A stretch of DNA of 64,000 nucleotides from Fonticula alba ATCC 38817. Its lineage: Eukaryota; Protista; Nucleariida. This document shows, one piece after another, positions 23,001 through 34,290 of the stretch. Each line of letters begins with the position of its first letter. Position 1 is the first letter of the stretch. Below the pieces are notes generated by a model. It was given only the letters and a program-made list of their open reading frames with translations, made no database searches and was not told the DNA's origin. The stretch lies in NCBI GenBank assembly GCA_000388065.2, contig KB932208.1, one strand, 5' to 3'. Position numbers and translations under genes: made by a program.

Positions 23001-26000
23001 CAAAGGTACTTCCGACAAGTTGACGCTCTGGCGGCCTCGCCCTCCCTTCGGCCCTTTGTCCTCGGCGGCCATTCTCGTCGGCTCTCTGGGCTAACTTCGA
23101 TTCCCTCTCCTCCGCCTGCTTCTTCCCGCCTCCGGCTCCCTCCCGCCATCCGGCGTAGTATGACGGCGAGCTGGTGTCGGCCCTGCTGAACAATGTCATG
23201 GAGCATTCGCACCGCTGTCGGCCGGTGACCCTGGCCCTGGCCACGTCGCTGTTGGGGGAAATCACCTGGCGCCCCACGGTGCCCAGCGCGCCGCATGAGG
23301 CCTCGCTCAACCCGCGGCACCTGCACACCCTGCGCTCGATCGAGCTCAGCACCCGGTCGAAGCTCTTCGACTCGATGCTGGGCTTCTACCTCCGGCCGGA
23401 TGTCTCCCGGTCGCTGCCGCTGACGGAGGAGCGCGGCCCGGAGGCCGGGCACCCTGGCACCGGGCAGCAATCGCCCAGCTTCCCGGGTACGCCGCACGGC
23501 ACCGGGCCGATGGATGCGTCGCGCGCCTCGGCCGACCGGTCATCCACCGCCTCCTCGCGGTCATCCATGGCGTCCACCTCGTCGGCGGTCTCCGCGCCCC
23601 CGGCCTCCATCTATCGGCCGGGTCCGGCTCGCCCCGATGCCATGGCTGCCGGGGCGGAGTTTGGCCGCACCGATCCCGATGCCCTGCCCGACCATCTGGA
23701 CGTCTTTGAGGAGGAATTTGTTCGGTTCACGCGCGCCTGCCCGGAATTGGCCGATGTGTGGTGGTCGGGCCCGGGTGCCTTTGCGCGCGCCCTCAGCAGC
23801 CCTGCCAGCACCTCGGCCATTCCGGGCCCGTCGGCCGGCGCCCCGGCAGGTGGCCCCCCTGCGGCGGCCCCCAGCATCTCGGTCCAGGATGCCGGGCTGC
23901 TGTCGCCACGCCGGCGATTGCCATTTGCCGGGTTCCCGGCCCAGTTGCACGGTCAGGCCGATGGCGGCCGGTCGTCCATCTCCTCCGTGGCATACCTGCC
24001 GCCCAACCCGATCACCATGGAGTCGCGCCCGGTGGCAGTTATCCGGGAAATTGCCAATGGCTTCTGCCCGGTGGATGTCATCGGCCGCCTGGTGACCGGC
24101 AGCCCGGTGCTCCTGGTGCCGGTGGTGACCGAGCCTGGAAGTGTCTTCCTCCGGCGGCTGCCATTCGACCAGCGCCCGGCGCTGAATCTCTATGAGGATC
24201 TGGTCGGTCTCATCCGGCGGTTCCTGGTGATTCGCGCTCTGCGCCAGCGCCTTGCTGCCAGCCATAGCTCCTGTGAACCGGAGCGCGAGCTCCCGCCCCC
24301 GCCGTTCGTCCGGCCGGCCGGTGCCTTTGCCTCGGATCTGGTCGATCTGTCGCAATTCACCCTCTCCGAGATGGGCGAGAAGGCCAAGGCCAGCCAATCG
24401 GCCAGTCAGCATGTGCAGCTGGCAGACTTGCACCTGGCCGCCCCTGCGGCCTCGGGCGCCTGCTTCAACATCCTGCCCCTGGACTTTGGCACCCATCGAG
24501 CCCTGGGGGAGTCCCTCGAGCTGACGGCCCTCCAGCAGGATGCTCGGCTCAGTGGCCAGCCCTATGTGCACAGTGCGTGGCCACTTTGTCCCTCCCTGTG
24601 GCCTCTTTTTTTTTCTCCGCCGCCTTCCGCCGCCTTTCATGTGATCCTCGTCTGTTGGCTAATGCTGTCCGGCGGGATGCTCCAACCTGCTTTTCGCCCC
24701 CTTTTTTTCCCCCTGCTGCCCCCCCCCCCCCCCCACACACACACGCACATGTCAGACACCATCGACGTTGAGTTTTCCGTGTCGCAGGTGGCCGCCGGCG
24801 GCATGAGCCACCCTCGGCGCCTGGTCCTCACCGGCGAGCGCCTGCTCCTGCTGGACTGCCCGACGCACCGCGGAGCCGATGCCTCGGAAGGCAGCGCCAC
24901 CGACGACGACCATGACGCCGCCGTCGCCGGCGCTGCGACCACCGGCGGGGATCCCCATGGCGGGGCTCCCGCGGCCACGGTGCTTTTCGGGGTCACCTAC
25001 TCGCGGGTGGCGTCGGCCGCCATCCTCCCCGACACGGATGACGGGCTGGCCACCTCCTGCCGGCTGATGTTGGAGCTGCTCGTGGATCCTGCCTGGGTGG
25101 ACACGGCCCTCGGCCATGTCAGCCCGGCGGAGCGCGCGGCCGCCATTGGCGAAGCCGTGGCGACTGCTCGCCGGCGCACTTCGTCCGCCGGGGAGAAGCA
25201 CATCGACGAACCGGCTGCGGCCCCGGCCCCGGCCCCGGCCCCGGTCCCGGTCCCGGCGGCTCTTACTCCGCCACCGGTGCCCCGGCTGGCCGCGCGTGCG
25301 GGGCTCTTTGCCCTGCCGTCGGTCCAGGACCCGAGAGTTGGCGGCGGGCCTCTGCCCCCGGGCGCCGGGGGGGCCCTTGCCCCGGGCGAGGTCCCCCCAA
25401 CGTCGGTCCTTGCTGCGGCCCTGTCCGGGCACTTCCTCTTCTCGACTGGCGGGCCGGGGGGTCTTGCCGATGCGGCGGCCGTGGCGGCCGCCGATGCCAG
25501 TCTCCTGGGCAGCGTGCGGCGCTTTTCCGCGGAATTTGGCCGAGCCTCGGCGGTTGGTGCCCGACCTGGCCCCTTGGCTCTGCCGGCCGCGGCGGGCGGC
25601 GCGGGCGCGCGCATGCCGGCCCCCGCGTCGCAGGTGGTCTTCCGGACGGCCCTTTCAACCCCGCCCTCCGGGCAACTCCATGCCTCCTTGCCCGGTGTCC
25701 TGCCGGTGGCCCCGCCTCCGGCCTCCATGCTTGGGGCCACATTGCGGCAGCATTACCGGTCGGCCTTCATCTTCGTGGACTTCGCCTCGGCATCGGATGC
25801 CTTGCTGGCCTTCGCCGAGTTGGCCCGCTACCGGGCCCATGGCCAGGCCACCCGGACGCGGGCCCTGTTGGGAGTCCTCGCATCGACGCACTTCCTGCAG
25901 GTGGACCGCGCCACCGGGGCCGTTGCCGCTCGGCCGGCGCACCTGCACGCGGGCGGTGGGGCCGACCTGCCGGAAGCCCTGGCCGCCGTCAGTCTGTCGG

Positions 26001-26055
26001 ATGCCGTGGCCAGCGGGGGCGGTCCTCCTGTGCCGGGGCCCCCGCTGCCGCCGTC

Positions 26056-26094
<39 letters not shown>

Positions 26095-27673
26095 CCTGTC
26101 CCGGCACTTGTCGCGTGTGCCGTCGCTCTCCTCCTGCCCCCTGTCCTTGTACTATGGCGACTCCTTTGTGTCGCTGGCCAGCTCGATGTCCGTCATGTCG
26201 CTTGGTGGCGGCGTTGGTGGTGGGTCCACCGGGCCGACCGACGAGGCGGCGCCTGCCTTTCCCCCCTCGGCGGGGGGCAGCAGCCTCGGGGCGTCCTACC
26301 TGCGGAACTCCACCTCCTCGCCGATCATCCGTTCGAGCCAGCAGTCCCGGGCCGTCAGCACCGACCTGACGGCCCTGGACCCGACGCTCGAGGTGTCCGC
26401 CACGTCCATCGGCCCGGACCTGGCTCCGTACCTGCTTTCGGACCAGGTCCTTCCGCAGAGCATGCTCGCGGCGTTGGAGGCCTCGGCCTCGGCCAGTGCC
26501 GTGGCGCAGGCCCTGTCGCAGTCGTCCGACCCGGGGTCCTCCTCGAGCACCACCGACCCCGGTGACTCGCAGCTTCAGTTTGATGGGGTGTCGACGACGC
26601 CGCCATCGGACTCGATGCCGCCCTCGCCGTCCGGCGGCTTCCCCGGGCATGCCGCGCCCAAGCGCCCCTCTTTGGCCCCGGCGCCGCAGTCCGATGCTGG
26701 TGCTTCAAATTCAGACCCAGGGGAGGGTGCCCTTCCTGCCCCGGTGGCCGGCGCTGCCGGGATTGACCGGGGGGCCGTCGCCGCCGCCGCCGCCGCCGGC
26801 GAGGGCCACCACTCCGACGGGGGGGAAGCCTCGTCGGAGACCGGCGAGGATATCCTCATCCTCGCCGACCGGGTTCTCACTCAGGGCCAGGAAATCTGCC
26901 TGCCTCCGGCCAGTCGCCCAGCCAGCCCATGTCGCCCGGCGGTGGTTCCGGTCACCGTGCAGGGGGTCCCATCTCCCTTCGGTCCGGCGCTGGGCTCTGC
27001 CCCGCTGGTGACCACCAGCAAGATCAATGACGAGCCCGCTCCGGTGTCGGAGCCATGCATGGCGGCTGGCGATCCTGGGAAGCTGCAATCCATCTGCGAG
27101 GAGGCTGACCCCTCGGTGGGGGAAGCCGAATCCCACGGCCACTCTACAGAGCTGGACTCCGGGCCGCCGGTTTCCGGCGGTGAGGATGGTCATTGCTCAG
27201 ATTGCTCGGACTGCCATGGCGATGCCGCTGCTGCTGCTGCTGCTGCTGATGGTGATGTTGATCTGGGCATGCATCCAGAAGCTCGTGTGGATGATGGTGC
27301 CGGGGCCGATGCCGACGCCGGTGCTGATATCCCTGCCGATGCCGACGTCGGTGCTGATATCCCTGCCGATGCTGGCGCTGATGGGGGTGTTGGTGATGAT
27401 CTTGGCATTGGTGCCGATGTCAATGCTAGTGCCGACACTCCGGTTGCCGCGAGCTCCGGCGATGACACTCAGACCGATGCCGATACCACGACCCCCGGTG
27501 CGGATGTTGGGGCTCAGCCTGGCAATGCCATTGAGGCGGCTTCGGGCAGCCCGGGCCCCGACGCCGATGTCGCCACCGAGGCCCATGCTGATATCAGCGC
27601 CGGCGCTGAGGTCAACGCAGATGTCGGCGATGATGCCATCGAGGGGGGGGCCCTCCCCGTTGGGCACCAGTGA
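20043..27673 (+). CDS. CLEC16A: CLEC16A/TT9/GOP-1 family protein (FPL domain), about 2164 aa; exons 20043-20116, 20284-20436, 20540-20679, 20814-20962, 21055-21284, 21471-22667, 22786-23005, 23159-24572, 24756-27673
   Basis: [97 protein letters not shown] and [13 protein letters not shown]. The nine GT-AG-joined exons sum to 6495 nt (in frame). Confidence 0.92.
21296..21372. repeat. 24-bp tandem repeat, about 3 copies, in a CLEC16A intron
   Basis: Unit ctccg(c/t)ctccctctgccc(c/t)ttgtc repeated. Confidence 0.85.
26060..26092 (+). repeat. (CAG)11 encoding polyQ in CLEC16A
   Basis: Direct count, in frame. Confidence 0.9.
27305..27372 (+). repeat. 30-bp coding direct repeat (ADADxGADIP) x2 plus a partial copy in the CLEC16A tail
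   Basis: gccgatgccgacg(c/t)cggtgctgatatccct twice, then gccgatgc. Confidence 0.85.
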
Positions 27674-28070
27674 GAGGGGACTCTCCTCGTCCCCGGTGCC
27701 TCGGTTTCCCGGTCTCCTGCCTTGCTCATTGGTCTTGGCACTTTCCTGGCCCCTCTGCCCGGCAATCTCTCTGTCCTTCAGGAGGAGAGGTCGAATAATG
27801 GGCGGGAACATCTCCCAAAGGGGGGTAGACCGTCCGAATACACTCTCTCCATTCCGCTCGCTGTTGGGTGTTTTTCTCCTCCATGGGGCAGGGACGGCAG
27901 GGCCGGGGGGGGGAGTCTGCATGTGTCTGTTGGCTGCCCCCTGTCTGTCCTGATCGCCCTGCGGCTGAGGGGAGGATCGGGGGGCCGGAGGGAGGGCGGG
28001 GCCGTCCTTCGCACAGCGCCTGGTTCGTGCCAGGATTTTATTTTCCTCGCGGCAAGCGGCCTGCAGTCAA

Positions 28071-28158
28071 CCGATCATAGCTCAATTGGTAGAGCATCAG
28101 ACTGTAGCGGTAACAAGCAATTATCTGAGGGTCGCTGGTTCGATTCCGGCTGATCGGA
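28071..28158 (+). tRNA. tRNA-Tyr: tRNA-Tyr (GTA) with a 15-nt intron (28108-28122)
   Basis: Acceptor stem CCGATCA/TGATCGG plus discriminator A, D arm GCTC/GAGC, anticodon stem TCAGA/TCTGA with loop CT-GTA-G[intron]A, T arm GCTGG-TTCGATT-CCGGC. Mature length is 73 nt and a Pol III T5 terminator follows at 28162-28166. Confidence 0.97.
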
Positions 28159-28466
28159 CACTTTTTGGCGCCTGCCACGCGGACAGCGAAGTCCGTGCTT
28201 CACCTTTTTCCGCCGTCCAACCCACAGGAGAAGAAGATGGGGGGGGGGGGGGNNNNNNNNNNNNNNNNNNNNNNNNNNNNNNNNNNNNNNNNNNNNNNNN
28301 NNNNNNNNNNNNNNNNNNNNNNNNNNNNNNNNNNNNNNNNNNNNNNNNNNNNNNNNNNNNNNNNNNNNNNNNNNNNNNNNNNNNNNNNNNNNGGGGGGGG
28401 GCAGTGCTAGGGGCAGACACCCGGCTGGAGGCGCAGCCTGCGGCCTCCCGGGCGGGCCATCCTCCA

Positions 28467-29849
28467 CTAATTGAATGCCGGGTTGACCTTCTTGACGATG
28501 AGGGCATCAGCATCGGCCGAAGCGGCGAAGGATGTGCCGCCGGTCTTCAGGGGAATGACATCACGCGCGAGGTCCATCTTTGGCGCGCCAGCCGGGGCGA
28601 AGGGATCAAGGCGGTCCTTGGCAATGGCCTGGTCCAGGGCTGCCCGCGAAACAATGTAGCCCGATTGCCGGAGGACAACCACCGACGTCCTAAGCCGGGA
28701 AGACGGAGCAGCCCGAGAAAGAGCGAGGGAGAGAGAGAGAGAGAGAGGGGGGGGGGGGATGTGAGAAAGGGAGTGGACAGGACGCGAGGGGCAGAAGAAA
28801 GGGCAGAGCGGCCGGGGAGCCCGGCATCCTGATCAAGCCCCGCGCCACATGGGGAGAGGGCGTACACATCTGTCAGGGTCTCATGGGTGACCGGGCACAT
28901 CCAGGGGGTGTCGCCCCGGGCGCAGTCCGGGTCGGACACCGGCGTAAAGACCACCCGGATCAGGTCTTTCATGCGCAGAGGGCGCCCAGAGATCGGGCAC
29001 GAGGGGGACTTGGGAATGGGTGCCTGCTGCAGGCGCGCGTCCTCCTCGTCGGAGTCCAGCTCCGGGGCATTCTCGGGGATCCAGAAACTCGACCGGACGT
29101 CCGACCGGTCGCTCGTATCGGCAGCCGACTCGAGGGAGCTGTCGGTGCTGTGAGCCGCCGGAACGTCCAGCCCGGTGGCGGAGGACACGGCGATCGCCTT
29201 CTTCGGGTCCGGGCCGGTGCTGCTGGCCGAAATGACACCCGAGTCGAGGGCCTCAAATTGCCGGACGCGCTTGGCCCGATCGCGGACCTGCTCGCGCTGG
29301 CGCCGGTCGGCCTGGCGCTTGCGTGCTTGGGCCTGCTCATCGCGCGCGGCGACCAGCTGCTGGCGCTGGACCAGCAGGTTCTCCAAAATCGCCTCATAAT
29401 CGTAGAGGTACCCATCGGGACTGGCGAGGCAGCACCATGAGGGCACACCACAGCATGGAGTGAGTCCGCTTGCATGGGGGGGGGGGGACGGTGGGCGGCA
29501 CACGGTGACGTACGTGATGACCGGGCGCGAGGGGCGCTGTTGGGTAATCCAACAGTGGTCCCAGCGGTGCTGCGAGTCCCCGGACAGGCGCAGACGCTGT
29601 GTTCCCCATTTGGACTCCCGGGAGTCCAGCTGGCCGGGGGAGGGAGGTCGGGTTAGCATGCATGGAGGCGGGGGCATGGCTGCGCCGTGGAGCGACAGGG
29701 CCGCACCGAAGGGTGGCGAAGAAGGGAGAGAGGGAAAGGAGAGAAGGCGAGGGGAAGCAAAGAAAGGATGGCCGACGGGATTGGCGAACCTGGCGCTCCC
29801 GGGTGGAGTAACAGTGACGAGTGGTCGAGTTCTTGCCCTTGCGGCCCAT
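28467..29849 (-). CDS. NOSIP: Nitric oxide synthase-interacting protein (U-box/RING, spliceosome-associated), 317 aa; exons 29849-29790, 29629-29514, 29420-28866, 28689-28467
   Basis: MGRKGKNST..CYSTRER, WGTQRLRLSGDS, PVIT|PDGYLYDYEAILENL, SFWIP, CPISGRPLRMKDL, CPVTHETL and GGTSFA. Exons total 954 nt in frame. Confidence 0.92.
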
Positions 29850-30394
29850 CTCGAGAGAGGAAGAGCGGGAGGAGGGGGGGGAGGGAGCCTGCGAGAGAAG
29901 CGAGGCTCGAGGGAGAGAGGCTCGAGGGAGAGGGTGCGGCGGGCGGAGGGGTGAGGTCGGCTGAGGGGGGGGGGACTTTGCCTGGTGCACGACCCGCCAC
30001 CGGACGCCAGGCTGGATGCCGATGAGGATCTGTCCAGCGGCCGCCGGCGACCCGGTCGGGCGATGGCGTTCTCTGACAAGAAAAAAAACACGGATCGCCA
30101 TACTTCCCGGCATTCTGGAGGAGCACTCGGGCGTGAGAGCCAGCTGCCACCGCACCGCTCGTCTCTTGGCCTTCATCAGCCACCCGTGCTGGCAGCCGGG
30201 GTGCGTCCACCCGCCTGAGCAATGTCTCCCTGCCGCCCTGCCCCGAGCGGCTCCCGCCTCCCCTCCCTTCGCCTCCCGCTGGTGCCCTCCACACATTTCG
30301 CTTCTTTCTGCTGGGTGCCTCTTGTTCATCCTCCCCCTCCCCCGGTGTGCCCTCCCCCCTCTCTCCCTCTCTCCCTGCCATTGCCGGCCCAACA

Positions 30395-31684
30395 ATGTCT
30401 TCTGAGTCCGAGCAGGCACCCACTGCCTCCAGCTCGGGACCCGCATCGCCGGGTGCGGACATGCCTGCGGCCGACCCGCCCGCCTCCGGTGCCGAGCCAC
30501 CGGCCGCGGAGGATGCAGCACAGCCGCCTGCCTCGGGGTCCCCGCTCGGGGCGGCTGTCGCCTCTTACCCGCCGCCGCCGCCAATCCCGGCCAGTCGCCT
30601 GCCGGCCTTCGCCTGTCCCGAGTCGGTGCCCTCGAGCTTCCTGGACCTGGTGGCCCTGCCAGAACGATCTGAAGACACCGGCGCCATTGCCGAACGCCGG
30701 GCCCAATCGGTGGCGGCCATGTCGCGCAAGATCGCCGAGCCCTGGAACCCCGGCTGGGTGTATGCCAAGCTTCTGTCAAGCCGGCGAGCCTTTCACAATC
30801 CCAGCATCCACGAGCGGGTGCAGGAGTCCTTCGACCTGGGTCAGTACGGCACGAACGATGCCTTCCTGGCGGATTCCTGTGTTTTGAGGATGCCACCGGT
30901 CGCCGAGTACCCGGTGGACCTTGTCATCACGGCCGAGGGGGCCAGTCAGGCCGCGGCCGCTGGAGGCCTGACGGACTCGGCTTCCGGCAGCCCGATCCTC
31001 GGGACCGGGTACACCTTCTTCGGGGCCTCGCGCATTGATGATGGCTGTCGCCGGTCGGCCTTGAGCACGCGGATCTCGATGTGCACCACGCTGGCCTCGC
31101 GCATCCAGGCATTCCGGGAACTGGCGCACCAGGCGTCGGTGCGGTCCCTGTCGCAGGCCAACACGCCGGTCTCGCGGGCCGTGGTGACTTCCATGCAGGG
31201 GGGTCTGGCCCCGGCGAACTTTGTGCCCGAGACGCCGAGCAACGCCTCGGCCACCGCCGGTCGCCTGAACAGCACATTGCAAGCGGCCGGCCCGACGGCA
31301 GGGTCCTCGCGGCCAAGCCCCAACCCGGCGATCGCGATTGGCGCTCGAGCGGCCGCGGCCATTGCTGCCCGGGACGACCCGCGCGGTGGGGCCGGCCCGC
31401 GCCACGGGTCCTCCTATCATCCGGCTGGCTTGGATCGGCGACACCGCGGTGAGGGGGAGCGCGACCGCGACCGCGACCGCGACCGCGACCGCGACCGTGA
31501 TCGCAACCGTGACCGTGACCGTGACCGTGACTGGGACCGCGATCGCGGTCGGGACTTCGAGCGTGATCGCGATCGCGGACGCGACCGCGATCGTTATCGT
31601 CCGCCGAGTCGCGACGACCGCGGCCGTAGCAGCAGCAGTAGCAGCACCGGTGGCGGCGGTGGACATCACCGTAGCCGTTGGTAG
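30395..31684 (+). CDS. SAP30BP: SAP30-binding protein/HCNGP-like, 429 aa, single exon, with an RD-dipeptide C-terminal tail
   Basis: RRAFHNPSIHERVQESFDLGQYGTN resembles the HCNGP motif (KEFRNPSIYEKLI....IDELGTN). The protein ends in SRW. Family call is from recall. Confidence 0.72.
   Translation: MSSESEQAPTASSSGPASPGADMPAADPPASGAEPPAAEDAAQPPASGSPLGAAVASYPPPPPIPASRLPAFACPESVPSSFLDLVALPERSEDTGAIAERRAQSVAAMSRKIAEPWNPGWVYAKLLSSRRAFHNPSIHERVQESFDLGQYGTNDAFLADSCVLRMPPVAEYPVDLVITAEGASQAAAAGGLTDSASGSPILGTGYTFFGASRIDDGCRRSALSTRISMCTTLASRIQAFRELAHQASVRSLSQANTPVSRAVVTSMQGGLAPANFVPETPSNASATAGRLNSTLQAAGPTAGSSRPSPNPAIAIGARAAAAIAARDDPRGGAGPRHGSSYHPAGLDRRHRGEGERDRDRDRDRDRDRDRNRDRDRDRDWDRDRGRDFERDRDRGRDRDRYRPPSRDDRGRSSSSSSTGGGGGHHRSRW
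31459..31592 (+). repeat. (GACCG[C/T])n hexanucleotide repeat encoding (RD)n
   Basis: Visible tandem gaccgc/gaccgt units in frame. Confidence 0.9.
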
Positions 31685-31745
31685 GGTGCAATACACTCTT
31701 CAAACATTTCCATCGATCAGCCCCTCCCCCGACATGGTCTATTAC

Positions 31746-33735
31746 CTAGGGGCCCGCCTTGTCGGCGGGCCAGTGCAGGAGAAAGTCGTCCTGGACGCTG
31801 GCATCATCCGGCTCGCGCCGAGCGTAGAGACGAACAGAGGAGAGCAAATCACGGGGAGGCGGGACGGTGGCAGGCGAGCTTGGGAGTCTGGCGCCACCGT
31901 TGCCGAGCCATTCGAGGAAGGGGCCGGAAAGCAGGGCACGGCGCCTGTCGGCATACCAGGCGGAAAGGCGTTTGGCATCGGCATACCGAATGCCAGGGGC
32001 CGTCCGGGTGGGGGGCATTTTGGCGGCCATGCCAGCCGCCTGGCCGACGGTTGGTGGCACATGCATGAGGCCCTCGGCAGGCGAGACCGGGGCTAGCCAC
32101 AGTGTGCGCAATGGCCGGAAAAGGTCTCGCCCGGCCGCCGGAAGGGCAGACTCCATGCTGGGATGGGAGAGAATGACCGCGCCCAGGGCGAAGAGAGACA
32201 CCTTGGACAGGGAGCATCTTTGGGAGGCGCCGGACAAGGGGCATGTGTGAGCGCAGGTGCGTGCATGGGGGGGGGGCGTCGGTGTGGGGGAATGTGCGGG
32301 CAACAGTGGTGACATGGCCATCAGCCGGGCGATCGGGGGAGGGGGGGGGGGGGGAGGGAAGGAGATACCGGAGCTTGGAGGCCGGGTGCTTCTTGAGCGA
32401 GGCACCAAGATTGACGCCCTGTGCGATGGCGCAGACGACTGATGGTTCGTGGGAATTCCAGCCGATGGCTGTGCATCGGGGACGTCAAGGAAGGTCGTCA
32501 CACCGGGGCCGGGGTCAGACACGAGAAAGGCAGGGGCACATGTGCTCGGGGGTGGGGGGCCATACCGGCTTCGCTCTTGCGCACGGTCGTCCCGGGCTGA
32601 GAGGCCCGTGTGACGGCCGCCAGCGAGTGCTCGAAGATCATCGGGGCAGGATGGACGGTCGGATGGGAGCCGGCGCGAAGGGCGCCTACGCGTCCGATGA
32701 GAGCTCGATTGGCCGCGGCATCGTCGAAGATTTCGCCAATGTGAATGCTGGCGATGGGAACTGGGCGCTCAAGGACCGCCGCCAGCAGGGCCCCTTGAGG
32801 CCCGAGCGCGACCCACTTGGCCACCTTGTCCGAGCAAGACATGGTGTGTGTCGGGGGGCCGCGACCGGGCTTCGTGCGCAGAATGCCCGGCTGCAGAACA
32901 TGGACGCCCTCGCCAAACTGCGCGCGAGCACATGGGCGAAAGTTAGGCACCTTGCAAAGGGGGACATGCAACTGCAGGGGCAGGGGGCGGCAGGGGATCG
33001 GGAAAGGCGCACCTGATCCTGGTCCCCGGCGCCAGGGAGAGCCTTGGAGCCGGTTTTGTTGGTCTGGCCGCCGGGATCAGCGGGCTGGGCCGGGTCCCGC
33101 GCGCCAGAGGCCTCGGGCTCCAGACGCCGGCGTTTGTTGGCCGGGGCGGGTTCCGGCCCATCCGAGCGCCGGTCTGTGAAGTGGATCAAATCCGAGTCGA
33201 TGGCCAGCTGCTCCGCCCCCTGGGCCATGGGGAAAACACAGCAATCCCCGCAGGGTGCCTGGCTGACGTAGAAATGCAGGCGGTAGCGCGCATTCCAGCG
33301 GAAGGGGGACACCTGGGCATCGGGCTTCAACGCGCGCAAGAGGATTGGCTGGTCGAAGGGCGCGGGGGTGTCGGGCGCCTGGGGATTCGGCGCCCCAAGT
33401 GCATGGCAGAGTTCCAGCAGGAGAAAGCGCACCAGCGACCGACGAGCCATCACCTCCGCATGCATGTCCAGCACCAGGTCCCCCGGGGCCAGAGACGAGG
33501 TGCCAAGACCCGGCGGGCCATCCGGCAGCAAGTGCCGGGGCAGCGCCCGCGTTCCAGACCCAAGAGCAATCACTCGCATGGCCGGGACCTTGGCCTTGAT
33601 GGCCGTGTCTTCCAGCACAAAGCCCGCGAGGACGGTCCACTGGTCGGCGGCCGGCCGGCCCTTGCGCGGGAGCCGGTCGAACGCCTCGACACAAAGGCGA
33701 GACACCTGGTCGGAGAGGCCCGCGTCTTCGGACAT
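31746..33735 (-). CDS. ADAT1: tRNA-specific adenosine deaminase 1 (Tad1/ADAT1), 548 aa; exons 33735-33013, 32917-32566, 32468-32369, 32217-31746
   Basis: Zn/catalytic motifs DMHAEVMARR, QAPCGD and MSCSDK. RTKPGRG is ADAT1-type rather than ADAR RTKIESG, and there is no dsRBD. Exons total 1647 nt in frame. Confidence 0.92.
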
Positions 33736-33902
33736 CCTTGCCGGGGAGGGATGGCCAGGGGCAGAGGAGGAGCGACAGGGACACGGAGAGGGAGAGAGGA
33801 GAAGCCAAAGAAAGGGGGGGGGGGGGAAGAGTCGACAAGGAGGAGCAGCAGCAGCAGCGAGTGAGGCAGATGAGCCTTTCGCTGGAGGTGACACACCAGC
33901 TT

Positions 33903-33977
33903 CTGTGTGTGTGTGTGTGTGCGCGCGCGCGCGAGAGAGTGTGTGTGTGTGTGTGTGTGTGTGCGTGTGTGTGTGCA
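33903..33977. repeat. Compound (TG)n-(CG)n-(AG)n-(TG)n microsatellite in the ADAT1/NUBPL divergent spacer
   Basis: Direct reading. Confidence 0.85.
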
Positions 33978-34290
33978 TGCACGAGGGACGCGAGGTGCGT
34001 ACGCAGGCGGGCGAGCCTGGTGCCACGCGCGGCGGGCGATCTCGATCGCACCGGGGCCAACCAGGGCCAGGCCGACGAGACCCCACGAGATGCCAACCCA
34101 ACCAGCGCGGCGCAGTCAGCCCGTCTTGCCAGATCTCGCGGTCGGACGGATCGGGCCGTCTTTTCGAGGGAGCATCTGCCAGGTGTGAGGGGCCCCCCCC
34201 CCCGAGGCATATGCACACACCTCCGGCCCCTTGTCTCTGTGTTTCTCCCGTGCACTTGCCCTTTCCCCTCCTTTCCCCCTTGACTTGAGC

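Noticed and set aside
31746-33735. ADAR-type mRNA editing enzyme
   Set aside because: There is no dsRNA-binding domain, and the RTKPGRG motif indicates ADAT1/Tad1.
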